Assembly: GCA_944375905.1 (NCBI GenBank)
Contig: CALWAS010000001.1
Coordinates: 1,540-65,539, forward strand
Direction of reading: 5' to 3'
Origin: an uncultured Bacilli bacterium
GTDB lineage: Bacteria; Bacillota_I; Bacilli_A; RFN20; CAG-826
DNA: 64,000 nt
In this document: in pieces, positions 8,778 through 16,811 of the stretch
Layout of the letters: each line of letters opens with the position of its first letter
Position numbering within the stretch: position 1 is the first letter of the stretch
Program-made: the position numbers and the translations under genes
Notes under the pieces: generated by a model
Seen by the model: only the letters and a program-made list of their open reading frames with translations
Databases searched by the model: none
What the model was told of the DNA's origin: nothing

Positions 8778-11700
8778 TTAATCCTCTGGAACTTCAAAAA
8801 GGAGATTTTCGTAATAGCCCGTGTAGGAAGTACGTATCAATTTGGTACCTGGCTTCAGAACTTTGCTAATTCGTATCGTGCCAACTGCGGCGGAGAACTC
8901 ATTTCCAAATGATTTTTGCAGATTCACTCTCACAAACTTGCAAGAAAGCAGGCTAACAATGTCATGTAAGGCTAAGCACTGATCAATTGTAGCTAGTGTC
9001 TCAAAAGCAGGTTGGCATATGCGAAGCTTGGAAAGATGGCTTCCCAATTCAGGCAGTTTCGCATAGCAATCGCGCCTTAGCACGTCGTTAAGCAGATAAT
9101 TTAAGAAAGCAAGATTCCCTTTTCTTGATACGCGAGACTCCCCTTCTGAGATTTCTTCTATATGAGTCTCGTCCTCGGAGTAAATAGAAAGGTCTTTCTT
9201 TTTGCCAGCCGGCTCATTGGATCCGATGATTTTACAAATCGATTTGAAATATTCCCTATTTTCTGCATTCATCTCAAGCTCGGATCCATTAATCGCAATT
9301 ATCATGTTCCCGCTTCTTCCGCTTATTGCCAAGCGGACCCGTCTTTTGCTATTTTCAACGGCCATGGAGATAATCGTTCTAATTGGAACTTTTTCTATTA
9401 AAACCTCAGGATCGACAAGCCCGTTGAACGATAAATATTTTTCTATTTCTGGCCTGAGGCTTTCAGTTTGCATTGACGATAAGACAATTTCTGGAATCCC
9501 TTCCAGAGAATAGACATGCTTCTTTCCCTTTCTTGACCTCACTAGCGAATAGAAAGGGGTCGTCATATCGCTATAGCTGCCGTATTTCTTCATCCATTCA
9601 ACCGGTTCGACGCCGTCTGGCACTTTTTTAAGTGGGAAATTGGTTTCCTTGGAATCTTTTCCCTTTACGTAGCCGATTTTATTGAAGAATCCGCTCTTGC
9701 CGCTGAGGTAATTGGGACGGAACGTCACCATGGGGTCGTTCCAGCTCAGGGTCTTCCTGACGAGTTTGATCGTCGAGTTTTCCTTTTCGACCTCCACCGT
9801 CTTATCGTCCTTTTTCACATAATCGCAGGCAACCCAGATAACTTTTCTTAGGTCCCTGGATTTTTGGTCGCGGCGGAAAATCCACTTCGGCCCGGCTTTG
9901 AAGCTCGGATGCCCCTTTGCCTTTTGCTCCTCGACCCATTTTTTGTTGATTCGGCGGCCAAAGCGTTGGTTGTAAACGTCGCCGACGACGATATTGAGGT
10001 AGGCATCGTTGGCATGGTGGAAGTCGTTTAGGTCCCTCACCTTCGGAAGATGGAACATTCCTCGGAAATCGGTAACGAGGCCGGCTTTCGAATAGATGAC
10101 TTCCGTTTCCGGGTAACGCAGCTTGAAAATGTCGCAGACGGCCTTCACCGCCTGGTTCGTATAGACAAGCTGACGGTTCACGAAACCAACGATTTCGTCG
10201 TCCCGCAGTTCTTCTTTCCTAAGAAGGCGCTCGCGCTTTTCCCCGGGCATGAGCTTTCTATTCCCGACCTTGATTTGGGAGAGAATGTCAATCCACTTCT
10301 TCCCTTCCGGGCTTATGAAGCCTGGGGGCAATGGATACTCCTTGTCCTTGAGGTTGTTCTTTGAACGCTTGGTCAAAACAGTGTTCAGGAAGGAGTCGTC
10401 CTTGACGTAGGCTTGGGGGATTATGTGATCGATGTCGTAGTCGGACGATAGACGCTCGAGCTTGATTTCCTCGCCAGTGTAGACATCGTGCCCAAGCTGC
10501 ATGAAATAGAGATATAAGCGCTTTGAGCGAAGCTGGTCTTCGCTTTTGTCGTCAAGTTCCTTTTTGAGGGCCGCGGCTTCCGACTTGAGTAATCCAACGG
10601 CCGCCGAAAGATACTTTTCGATCGACTTCTTGCGCGATTCGGTCGTTTTCGGATCCTTGGCCTTCGAACGGGTGCATTCGACGAATACCTTGTCGAACTT
10701 CTTGATGCCAAGGATCTTCTTTAGCTCGTCGACGATATGGAACGTCTGGAAAAGCGATCTTTTCATTCCGGGCGAGACATAGGCTTCGTCGATCAATTCC
10801 CTCAAAGGATCGCTTTCTCCGCCTTCTTTGAAACGCGAAGAGTTTATGGCCTCGACCTGGGAAGAGAATGAATACTTGTCCCCTTCGTAAATTTCCATGA
10901 AGTTGTCATTCGTCCGGTAGAGGAGGTCCATGATGGAGGAAGGGATAATCTCCCCGGTTTCGCGATTCACGACGTTCTCCTTTATTCCCCTGAGCAGGAG
11001 GTCCGAGACCGGGGCATAGTCCTTGAAGGGAAGGGAACTGGCTTTTTGGGCCTGTTCGGGAGAGAGTAAAGAAGAAAGTTCTTCCATTCTCGTGGCTTTG
11101 TCTTCAAAGGCGGTCACGATGGCGATTATCTTTTCGCCTAGTTCAAAAGCCTCGCGGTTTCGGTAGAAGCCTTCCCCAAGCACCGATTCGAGGGCAATCC
11201 ACGAGGAAAGCGACCCATTAAGCATGTTTTCGAGTTTTTCTTCGTCGTCGGTGTTCCTCGTCGACAAGACGACGGCTTTATCGGCATAAAGCAAGGAAAG
11301 CGACTTTTTGAGATCGCTCGGCTTCACTTTCTTCTTCTTTAGATATACGTCCTTGAGGAGGTGGCGCTTTTCCTCGAAGCTCAAAGGACGGTGGTTGAGG
11401 GAGATGTTGTTAAGCTCGTTGAGGACCTTGAAGGCTTGGAAAACCATCGACGACTTCGGAAGCGTCTCTTCGCCTTTGATGTAGGTGCAGGTATTCCTGA
11501 GATTGTCCATGAATCCCTTGGCCGTTGCCGAGCGGTTGACGACATCGAAGAAATTCCAAGGAGTTATCTTGGTATTCGGATCATTTTTGACGACCCAGTG
11601 GTTCTTGTTTTCCCTCCCTTCTTCCGGGTTGGAAATCGGCCCCACGTAATAGGGAATACGATATCGTAGGAGCGAAAGGATCTTGTAGTCCTCCTTCTTC

Positions 11701-13121
11701 GGGTTGGGGAAACCCTTGTCTTTTTCAAGCAGGAACGGGTAGTACTTCCCCTGCTTTTGGAGAATGATGGCCAATTCCGACTCGTTTAGCTGATAAGGAA
11801 AGACGCCGTTGTGCTTGCTATTTTGCCTCTCGAAGAGCTTGCCAGCCCCGATTCGTCCCCGGAGGTAGGCGACGGTGGGCACAAGCTCCTCTATTTCCGC
11901 TGCCTTGTCGCAAAGGGCGTTTACTGCCTTCATGAAATCATCGGGAGAGCATTTTTTCTCGCAAGTCTTCCCGTCCTTATGGCCGCTCGATCCCGTGAAC
12001 GTAAGGAAGGTAACCCCAGTCGTTCCGTTCCAAAAGTCGTTATAGATGTTCTTTCCGTCCTTCTTCATCATCCCGCGGTCGCGAAGCGCTTTCGTAAGCC
12101 TCCGCAGGGCCTTAAGGTCCTGACCGTATGCTTCGTAGACGGAAAGCATGGCGTCCGTTATCGAGTTCTTTCCCTTGAGCAAATTCACTAGGAGAAGCGA
12201 ATCGGCCAGTTCCTTGGCTTTCGACAAAAGCGATGTTTCCTCGTCGCTTAGCCCATATTGGAGAATCGCGTCATCGAAGTCTTCCATCTCGAAGGAAATG
12301 CCCGTCTTTGCCTTCTCCGGGTCATCGTCTTTTAGGCGAGGGAAGAAATCGGAAAGCTTGCGTTTTCCTCCGGAAATGAAAGAGACGATGGCAGCCTTGG
12401 TCCCCCTTCCCTTTCCTCCTAGAAGGATGCCGGAAACCGATTCCGTCCGGTCGCTTATCCTTTGGTCGCCTTTGAAAAGATCGATCAATTTCTCGGCGGC
12501 TCCCGGTTTTTCCCTCATCGAGAAGCTCTCGACCTCGGATTCTCCGTCCTCGTCCTCGACGGCCAAAGAGGACAGGATCTCGTCTATTTCATCGAATGCT
12601 TCCTCGATTTCCTCTTTTGCGACCCCGCCGGTCGAAATGCTTCCCTCGCGCAGGAAATTGCCGCGGTATTTAATCATGTGGGCTATCGCGAGATAGACGA
12701 GTCTGATGTCAAATTTCCGGTCTTCGCTCATCAAGGCTTTCCGGAGATGGTAAATGGTCTTGTATGACTTATAAAAGGAAAGGTCGTCGGTATAGAAGTG
12801 CTTGGCCCGAAGTTCCGGCATTTTGTCTTCGGGATGGAATTTCGAGGCATCGAGGCGCTTGAAGAAAAGAGGATCGACCTTGTCCATCTCCTCGCGGAAA
12901 AGATCCCTCAAAAGAAGGATGCGGGCCCTCCTTCTTTGATAACGCCTTCTCGCAGCCCGGGCTGCACGCCTGGTGCTTGCGTCCTGTGCCTCGTCGAAAA
13001 GACGGCTGCCCCAAAGGTGCTTTCCGCCCTTCCTGATGAGGTGGTACTCCGGATCGGTAACGGCAAAGCCTACCGAGTCGGTTCCGATGTCGAGTCCCAG
13101 ATAATATTTCCTGTCTTCCAT
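8778..13121 (-). CDS. cas9: Cas9 (type II-A), 1447 aa
   Basis: RuvC-I motif MEDRKYYLGLDIGTDSVGFAV sits at the ATG 13121, with SD AAGGGAAG upstream. HNH motif DYDIDHIIPQAYVKDDSFLNTVLTKRSKNN is present. The track start at 13238 adds 39 non-conserved residues and runs across the tracrRNA gene, so I trimmed it. Confidence 0.95.
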   Translation of the reverse strand: MEDRKYYLGLDIGTDSVGFAVTDPEYHLIRKGGKHLWGSRLFDEAQDASTRRAARAARRRYQRRRARILLLRDLFREEMDKVDPLFFKRLDASKFHPEDKMPELRAKHFYTDDLSFYKSYKTIYHLRKALMSEDRKFDIRLVYLAIAHMIKYRGNFLREGSISTGGVAKEEIEEAFDEIDEILSSLAVEDEDGESEVESFSMREKPGAAEKLIDLFKGDQRISDRTESVSGILLGGKGRGTKAAIVSFISGGKRKLSDFFPRLKDDDPEKAKTGISFEMEDFDDAILQYGLSDEETSLLSKAKELADSLLLVNLLKGKNSITDAMLSVYEAYGQDLKALRRLTKALRDRGMMKKDGKNIYNDFWNGTTGVTFLTFTGSSGHKDGKTCEKKCSPDDFMKAVNALCDKAAEIEELVPTVAYLRGRIGAGKLFERQNSKHNGVFPYQLNESELAIILQKQGKYYPFLLEKDKGFPNPKKEDYKILSLLRYRIPYYVGPISNPEEGRENKNHWVVKNDPNTKITPWNFFDVVNRSATAKGFMDNLRNTCTYIKGEETLPKSSMVFQAFKVLNELNNISLNHRPLSFEEKRHLLKDVYLKKKKVKPSDLKKSLSLLYADKAVVLSTRNTDDEEKLENMLNGSLSSWIALESVLGEGFYRNREAFELGEKIIAIVTAFEDKATRMEELSSLLSPEQAQKASSLPFKDYAPVSDLLLRGIKENVVNRETGEIIPSSIMDLLYRTNDNFMEIYEGDKYSFSSQVEAINSSRFKEGGESDPLRELIDEAYVSPGMKRSLFQTFHIVDELKKILGIKKFDKVFVECTRSKAKDPKTTESRKKSIEKYLSAAVGLLKSEAAALKKELDDKSEDQLRSKRLYLYFMQLGHDVYTGEEIKLERLSSDYDIDHIIPQAYVKDDSFLNTVLTKRSKNNLKDKEYPLPPGFISPEGKKWIDILSQIKVGNRKLMPGEKRERLLRKEELRDDEIVGFVNRQLVYTNQAVKAVCDIFKLRYPETEVIYSKAGLVTDFRGMFHLPKVRDLNDFHHANDAYLNIVVGDVYNQRFGRRINKKWVEEQKAKGHPSFKAGPKWIFRRDQKSRDLRKVIWVACDYVKKDDKTVEVEKENSTIKLVRKTLSWNDPMVTFRPNYLSGKSGFFNKIGYVKGKDSKETNFPLKKVPDGVEPVEWMKKYGSYSDMTTPFYSLVRSRKGKKHVYSLEGIPEIVLSSMQTESLRPEIEKYLSFNGLVDPEVLIEKVPIRTIISMAVENSKRRVRLAISGRSGNMIIAINGSELEMNAENREYFKSICKIIGSNEPAGKKKDLSIYSEDETHIEEISEGESRVSRKGNLAFLNYLLNDVLRRDCYAKLPELGSHLSKLRICQPAFETLATIDQCLALHDIVSLLSCKFVRVNLQKSFGNEFSAAVGTIRISKVLKPGTKLIRTSYTGYYENLLFEVPED

Positions 13122-13150
13122 ACTTCCCTTTCTTTGGCTAGAATAGCCTC

Positions 13151-13236
13151 GGATTTGGCAATCCTGTTCAAATAAGCAAGAATGCCAACACATTGGCCTG
13201 CGTTTGCGGGCAATGACGGCCGATAGGCCGTTTTTC
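13151..13236 (+). ncRNA. tracrRNA: tracrRNA (anti-repeat + nexus-like region + intrinsic terminator)
   Basis: GGATTTGGCAA-TCCTGT-TCAAAT (13151..13173) matches the + strand repeat GGATTTGGCAA-CACCC-TCAAAC. It pairs with the crRNA repeat 5' part in an 11 bp block and a 6 bp block around an internal bulge. It is followed by AAGCAAGAATGCC..., hairpin GCCAA-CACA-TTGGC (13184..13197), and terminator GGCC-GATA-GGCC + TTTTT (13218..13235). A possible -10 TAGAAT lies at 13139..13144. The exact 5' end is not known. Confidence 0.85.
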
Positions 13237-13349
13237 ATTGTTAAAATGATTGTACCCGATGATTTGTTAAGACGACACTTAAAAAGTTCAAACAGCCATT
13301 TTATTTAAGCCTAATGCAGAATGGATTCCATATTCGCCAAGTAAAAAAT

Positions 13350-16300
13350 TTAGTTCAAAAAAGCCTCGAAGAACGATCTTATGCTGGATTCGTCATTTTC
13401 CCTTCCGCCACGACGGACGTATTTGTAGCCCTTATCGTCGGAATATTCCTCAAGAAAGCCAAAATTAACCATCGTTCTAAGAACAAAGAGAACTTCCTTT
13501 TCCGAATGTGCTTCGCCTAGCCATCCAAAGCCACGGGCTTTGCTAAGTCCAAAGCGCACCATCCTCTTTGTCTCGTCCCCCCTCATGAATTCCGATATCG
13601 CATAAGTTGATGGCGTAAGGCGATATTGAGAGCAAACCCCAATAGACTGCAGAACTCCGTTGACGATTGTTTTGATGGGCAGCCCAAGAAGACAACATGA
13701 GGAAAGGGGGATTTCGTTGCTTTCATAAGTTTCCCGGTCCCTTGATATTTTCTCCAGGGTGTCGAGCCATGGTTTCCTAACAATGAAATTGCAGCCAGAC
13801 CCGTCGGCCTTGTAATTGGAACATCCAAGTATCCGCCGACCGCTATCGTGGCCTGATTTGTCTTTCACCTTCTTAACGATTAGGTAGCCGCTCAGACACA
13901 CCGGGCATTTCGATATCTGCAGGTTAAACTGGTTGCCGCTTATGTCGTTCGTCACGAAGCCGCACACTTCCGGATCGTTGGAGCAGACGTAGATTTTGCG
14001 CAAGAACTTCTCCATTCCCTTCCGGGGCCTCATTTCCTGAAGGGGGTAGCCGCATTTAGGGCAGGCATAGCGCAGCTTTAGCTCGCTTTTAGGCTCGAAA
14101 GCCGGCCCGTTGATAACGACATGGGTATGCTTCTCGCGAAGCTCGAGGATAAATGACGATGGGTGATATTTCGGGGCAACGAGGTAAACCCGGTTCTTCG
14201 TCCTCGTAAGGGCAACGTAGAAAAGTCGCCTTTCCTCTCCGTATTCGATCTCCGGCTGTTCCTTTATGACGAGCTTCATTATCGGGTCGTCTTCGATCTT
14301 GCTTGGAAAGCCAAGCACGTCGTCCTTCCCGTTTATCACGATCACGTTGTCGTAGCCAAGACCTTTGGAAGAATGAGCCGTCAGAAAATCGATTTTCAGT
14401 TGGGGGAAGCGCTTCGATACGATCGTCTTTCTCGCTTCGTCGTATCCGTATAAATCGGAGAACCGGGAAAGGTTATAGGCATCGAAGCTGTAACGGCCGA
14501 TCAATAGTATCGTTCCCTTGTCTCCGTAGCGAACATGGATGTCGTCAATGGCCATGTCCACCGCTTCGGCAAGTTTCCGGTAGGGGGAAGATCCGCCTTT
14601 GGCTTCGCCGTCGTCGTAGGAATATACGATGACCGGATCGTTTAGATGCTTGCTGGAGACAAGGCTTTTCTTCTTCTGAAGCGCATTTTCCATGACGAAG
14701 CCGCCGGCGATGTCGATGAGTTCCTGGGAGTTTCGATGGGTCGATGTGAGATAAAGCGTATCGCAATAGCCCATTGTCTTCTCGAAATCGACGAAAAGGC
14801 CGATGTCGCTTCCCGAAAAGCGGTAAATCGATTGCCAGTCGTCCCCCACTGCCACGATCTTGGCTTTGGAAACCTTCGACAGTTTTTCGGCAAGATTGAA
14901 ACGCTGGGCCGAAATATCCTGGTATTCGTCGATGAAGACATAGTCATAGGGAAGCGTCTTTCCTTCCTCCGCGAGACGGTCAAGATAGTCGGAGGCATCG
15001 TTGATCATGTCCTCGAAATCGATGGCTTTGTCGTTTTCGAGGGCGGCTTGATAAGCCAGGTAGCACTGATGGGCAATATCCAGGAAAAGAAGCGTCCGCT
15101 CGTCATTCCGGGCACGAGCCGCGGCCTTGAAATCCATGAATTTGTCAACCGTATAGGCATCGACCTTGAAACGGTTTATGAAATTGGCGACGAGTTGGAT
15201 GAGCCGGAGGAAATAGCGGTCGTCGGCCAGCTTCGATAACTCATAATAGACCTCGATATCCCTTTTAGGCTTGCCACTTATGCCCGCCTTTGCAAGTTCG
15301 TCCTTCAAATGCTCTATCAGGTCCCTACCGTCGTTATAGCGGGAAAAAGTCGTAATCAGGCAAGTCTTGTGAAGGGCGTGGAAACGGGCCTTGTCGACCA
15401 TGTGGGCCTTATATTCGTGCAGCTCATCCTCATCGTAACGGCTAGACGTCCCGTCCTCGGCGATCCCGTAGTGTTCGAGATAGACCGTTCTTTCGCCATC
15501 TCGAATCGTGAAGTCCGGGCAATATGGCTTGTTGCTGCCCGGGAAGAAGAACGGATACGGCTCCTCGTATGAGTAATCGATTCCGCTCACGTAAAGGAAA
15601 TTGGCTATTCTGCACTCGTCGCGCGACCTTACGCGTTCGTTCTGGATCGTCACGCGCTTCCGCTCGAGATCTTGTTTAAACGAATCGAGGGCACATTCGA
15701 GATTCCCTTTCATCGTTACTTCGGCTCCGCGAGAAAGGGCTAGCTTATAGCCATCGGCCGCAAGCCCGGGGTCGAAAGGAACTTCGAGGTACGACGCAAA
15801 GAAAAGCGCAATCTTCTTTTTTAACGAATCGTCTTTGAGATCCTCCTTCAGGTAGCGTCGAAGGACATCGACCATGTAGGATCGCTCGACGATTTTCCTT
15901 TTCTCCGACGTGCCTTCCGCCAAAAGGCTATTGCCCAGCGAGTGGAAAGTAAGGATCTTCGCGTCTATCGCCATCTTTTTGAAGCGCGCCTTCAACTCGG
16001 ATGTTGCCTTCCGCGTAAAGGAAATCACGAGTATCCGTTTGGGGTCGATTCCCTTCTTATCGAGCAAATAGCGGCATTTGGCTTCGATCAATGTCGTTTT
16101 TCCCGCTCCGGCTCCGGCGACGACGAGCGTGTAATCCTCGTCTCTCAACACCGCCTTTCGCTGCCCTTCATCTAAAGATATGCGCGGATCGTCCGGCTTC
16201 ATGACCTCATCAAGGTAATCTTTGTCTATTGATAAGTGACGGTTAACGAAAGCCTCGTTGTGACGATTCACGAGTTCCTTCGCGCTTTCAAAACAGCGCT

Positions 16301-16538
16301 GATAGCGAATCAACTCTTTCAAATTGAAGTGGCTTTTGCGGGCAAAATCCCCCAAAACGCCGTTTTCCTCCATGGTCTTCAGCTCATCATGGGTCCTTCG
16401 GCATTTATCGATGATCGGATCGTACTCGCGGCGAGAAACGAAACGGTCGAGATGAAGAAGGTATTCAATCTTCTCATAGCAGTCTTTCATCTCAATGAAT
16501 TTTGGGTTGTCGTTCTTGAAAAAGGAAAATATTGCCAT
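13350..16538 (-). CDS. helicase IV / UvrD-type SF1 helicase with nuclease-like insertion, two topoisomerase-type Zn-ribbons and a C-terminal winged-helix-like domain
   Basis: 1062 aa. Walker A is VVAGAGAGKTT. Other motifs: FIDEYQDIS, VGDDWQSIYRFSGS, TAHSSKGLGYDNV, LFYVALTRTK. The insertion ECRIANFLYVSGIDYSYEEPY...YCPDFTIRDGERTVYLEHYG resembles the helicase IV insert. Zn-ribbons are CPKCGYPL...CSNDPEVCGF and CPVCLSGY...GCSNYKADGSGCNF. Confidence 0.8.
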   Translation of the reverse strand: MAIFSFFKNDNPKFIEMKDCYEKIEYLLHLDRFVSRREYDPIIDKCRRTHDELKTMEENGVLGDFARKSHFNLKELIRYQRCFESAKELVNRHNEAFVNRHLSIDKDYLDEVMKPDDPRISLDEGQRKAVLRDEDYTLVVAGAGAGKTTLIEAKCRYLLDKKGIDPKRILVISFTRKATSELKARFKKMAIDAKILTFHSLGNSLLAEGTSEKRKIVERSYMVDVLRRYLKEDLKDDSLKKKIALFFASYLEVPFDPGLAADGYKLALSRGAEVTMKGNLECALDSFKQDLERKRVTIQNERVRSRDECRIANFLYVSGIDYSYEEPYPFFFPGSNKPYCPDFTIRDGERTVYLEHYGIAEDGTSSRYDEDELHEYKAHMVDKARFHALHKTCLITTFSRYNDGRDLIEHLKDELAKAGISGKPKRDIEVYYELSKLADDRYFLRLIQLVANFINRFKVDAYTVDKFMDFKAAARARNDERTLLFLDIAHQCYLAYQAALENDKAIDFEDMINDASDYLDRLAEEGKTLPYDYVFIDEYQDISAQRFNLAEKLSKVSKAKIVAVGDDWQSIYRFSGSDIGLFVDFEKTMGYCDTLYLTSTHRNSQELIDIAGGFVMENALQKKKSLVSSKHLNDPVIVYSYDDGEAKGGSSPYRKLAEAVDMAIDDIHVRYGDKGTILLIGRYSFDAYNLSRFSDLYGYDEARKTIVSKRFPQLKIDFLTAHSSKGLGYDNVIVINGKDDVLGFPSKIEDDPIMKLVIKEQPEIEYGEERRLFYVALTRTKNRVYLVAPKYHPSSFILELREKHTHVVINGPAFEPKSELKLRYACPKCGYPLQEMRPRKGMEKFLRKIYVCSNDPEVCGFVTNDISGNQFNLQISKCPVCLSGYLIVKKVKDKSGHDSGRRILGCSNYKADGSGCNFIVRKPWLDTLEKISRDRETYESNEIPLSSCCLLGLPIKTIVNGVLQSIGVCSQYRLTPSTYAISEFMRGDETKRMVRFGLSKARGFGWLGEAHSEKEVLFVLRTMVNFGFLEEYSDDKGYKYVRRGGRENDESSIRSFFEAFLN

Positions 16539-16811
16539 GCTGACTCGCTATATTGTATTTCGATAAGCCAAACAATTGGAGTTTGCTATCACAAACATGC
16601 AATTTGCTTTTTAGATAAAGGCTTCTTTGCAATGGTTTCTCAAAGAAAACGACAAAGAATTCCCGAATAGAATCTTTAAGATTTGCGTTCTGTAACCCAA
16701 TGGTACCAATCGGCTTGTGTACGAGAACATCACATGGAGACACGCATCGCGCAGTCAACACTCACGATTCGACTTAAAGACAAAAAATATCAAATTCTTG
16801 CCACTTTGGCC

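Noticed and set aside
13122-13238. N-terminal 39 codons of the track's cas9 ORF (MKNGLSAVIARKRRPMCWHSCLFEQDCQIRGYSSQRKGS).
   Set aside because: The conserved RuvC-I motif starts right after Met 13121, which has its own SD. The extension is antisense to the tracrRNA gene.
13255-13296. Second anti-repeat-like stretch GATGATTTGTTAAGACGACACTTAAAAAGTTCAAAC, followed by TTAAGCCTAATGC.
   Set aside because: It pairs with the repeat only through three short blocks separated by 6-8 nt bulges and has no terminator. The 13151..13236 candidate is far better.
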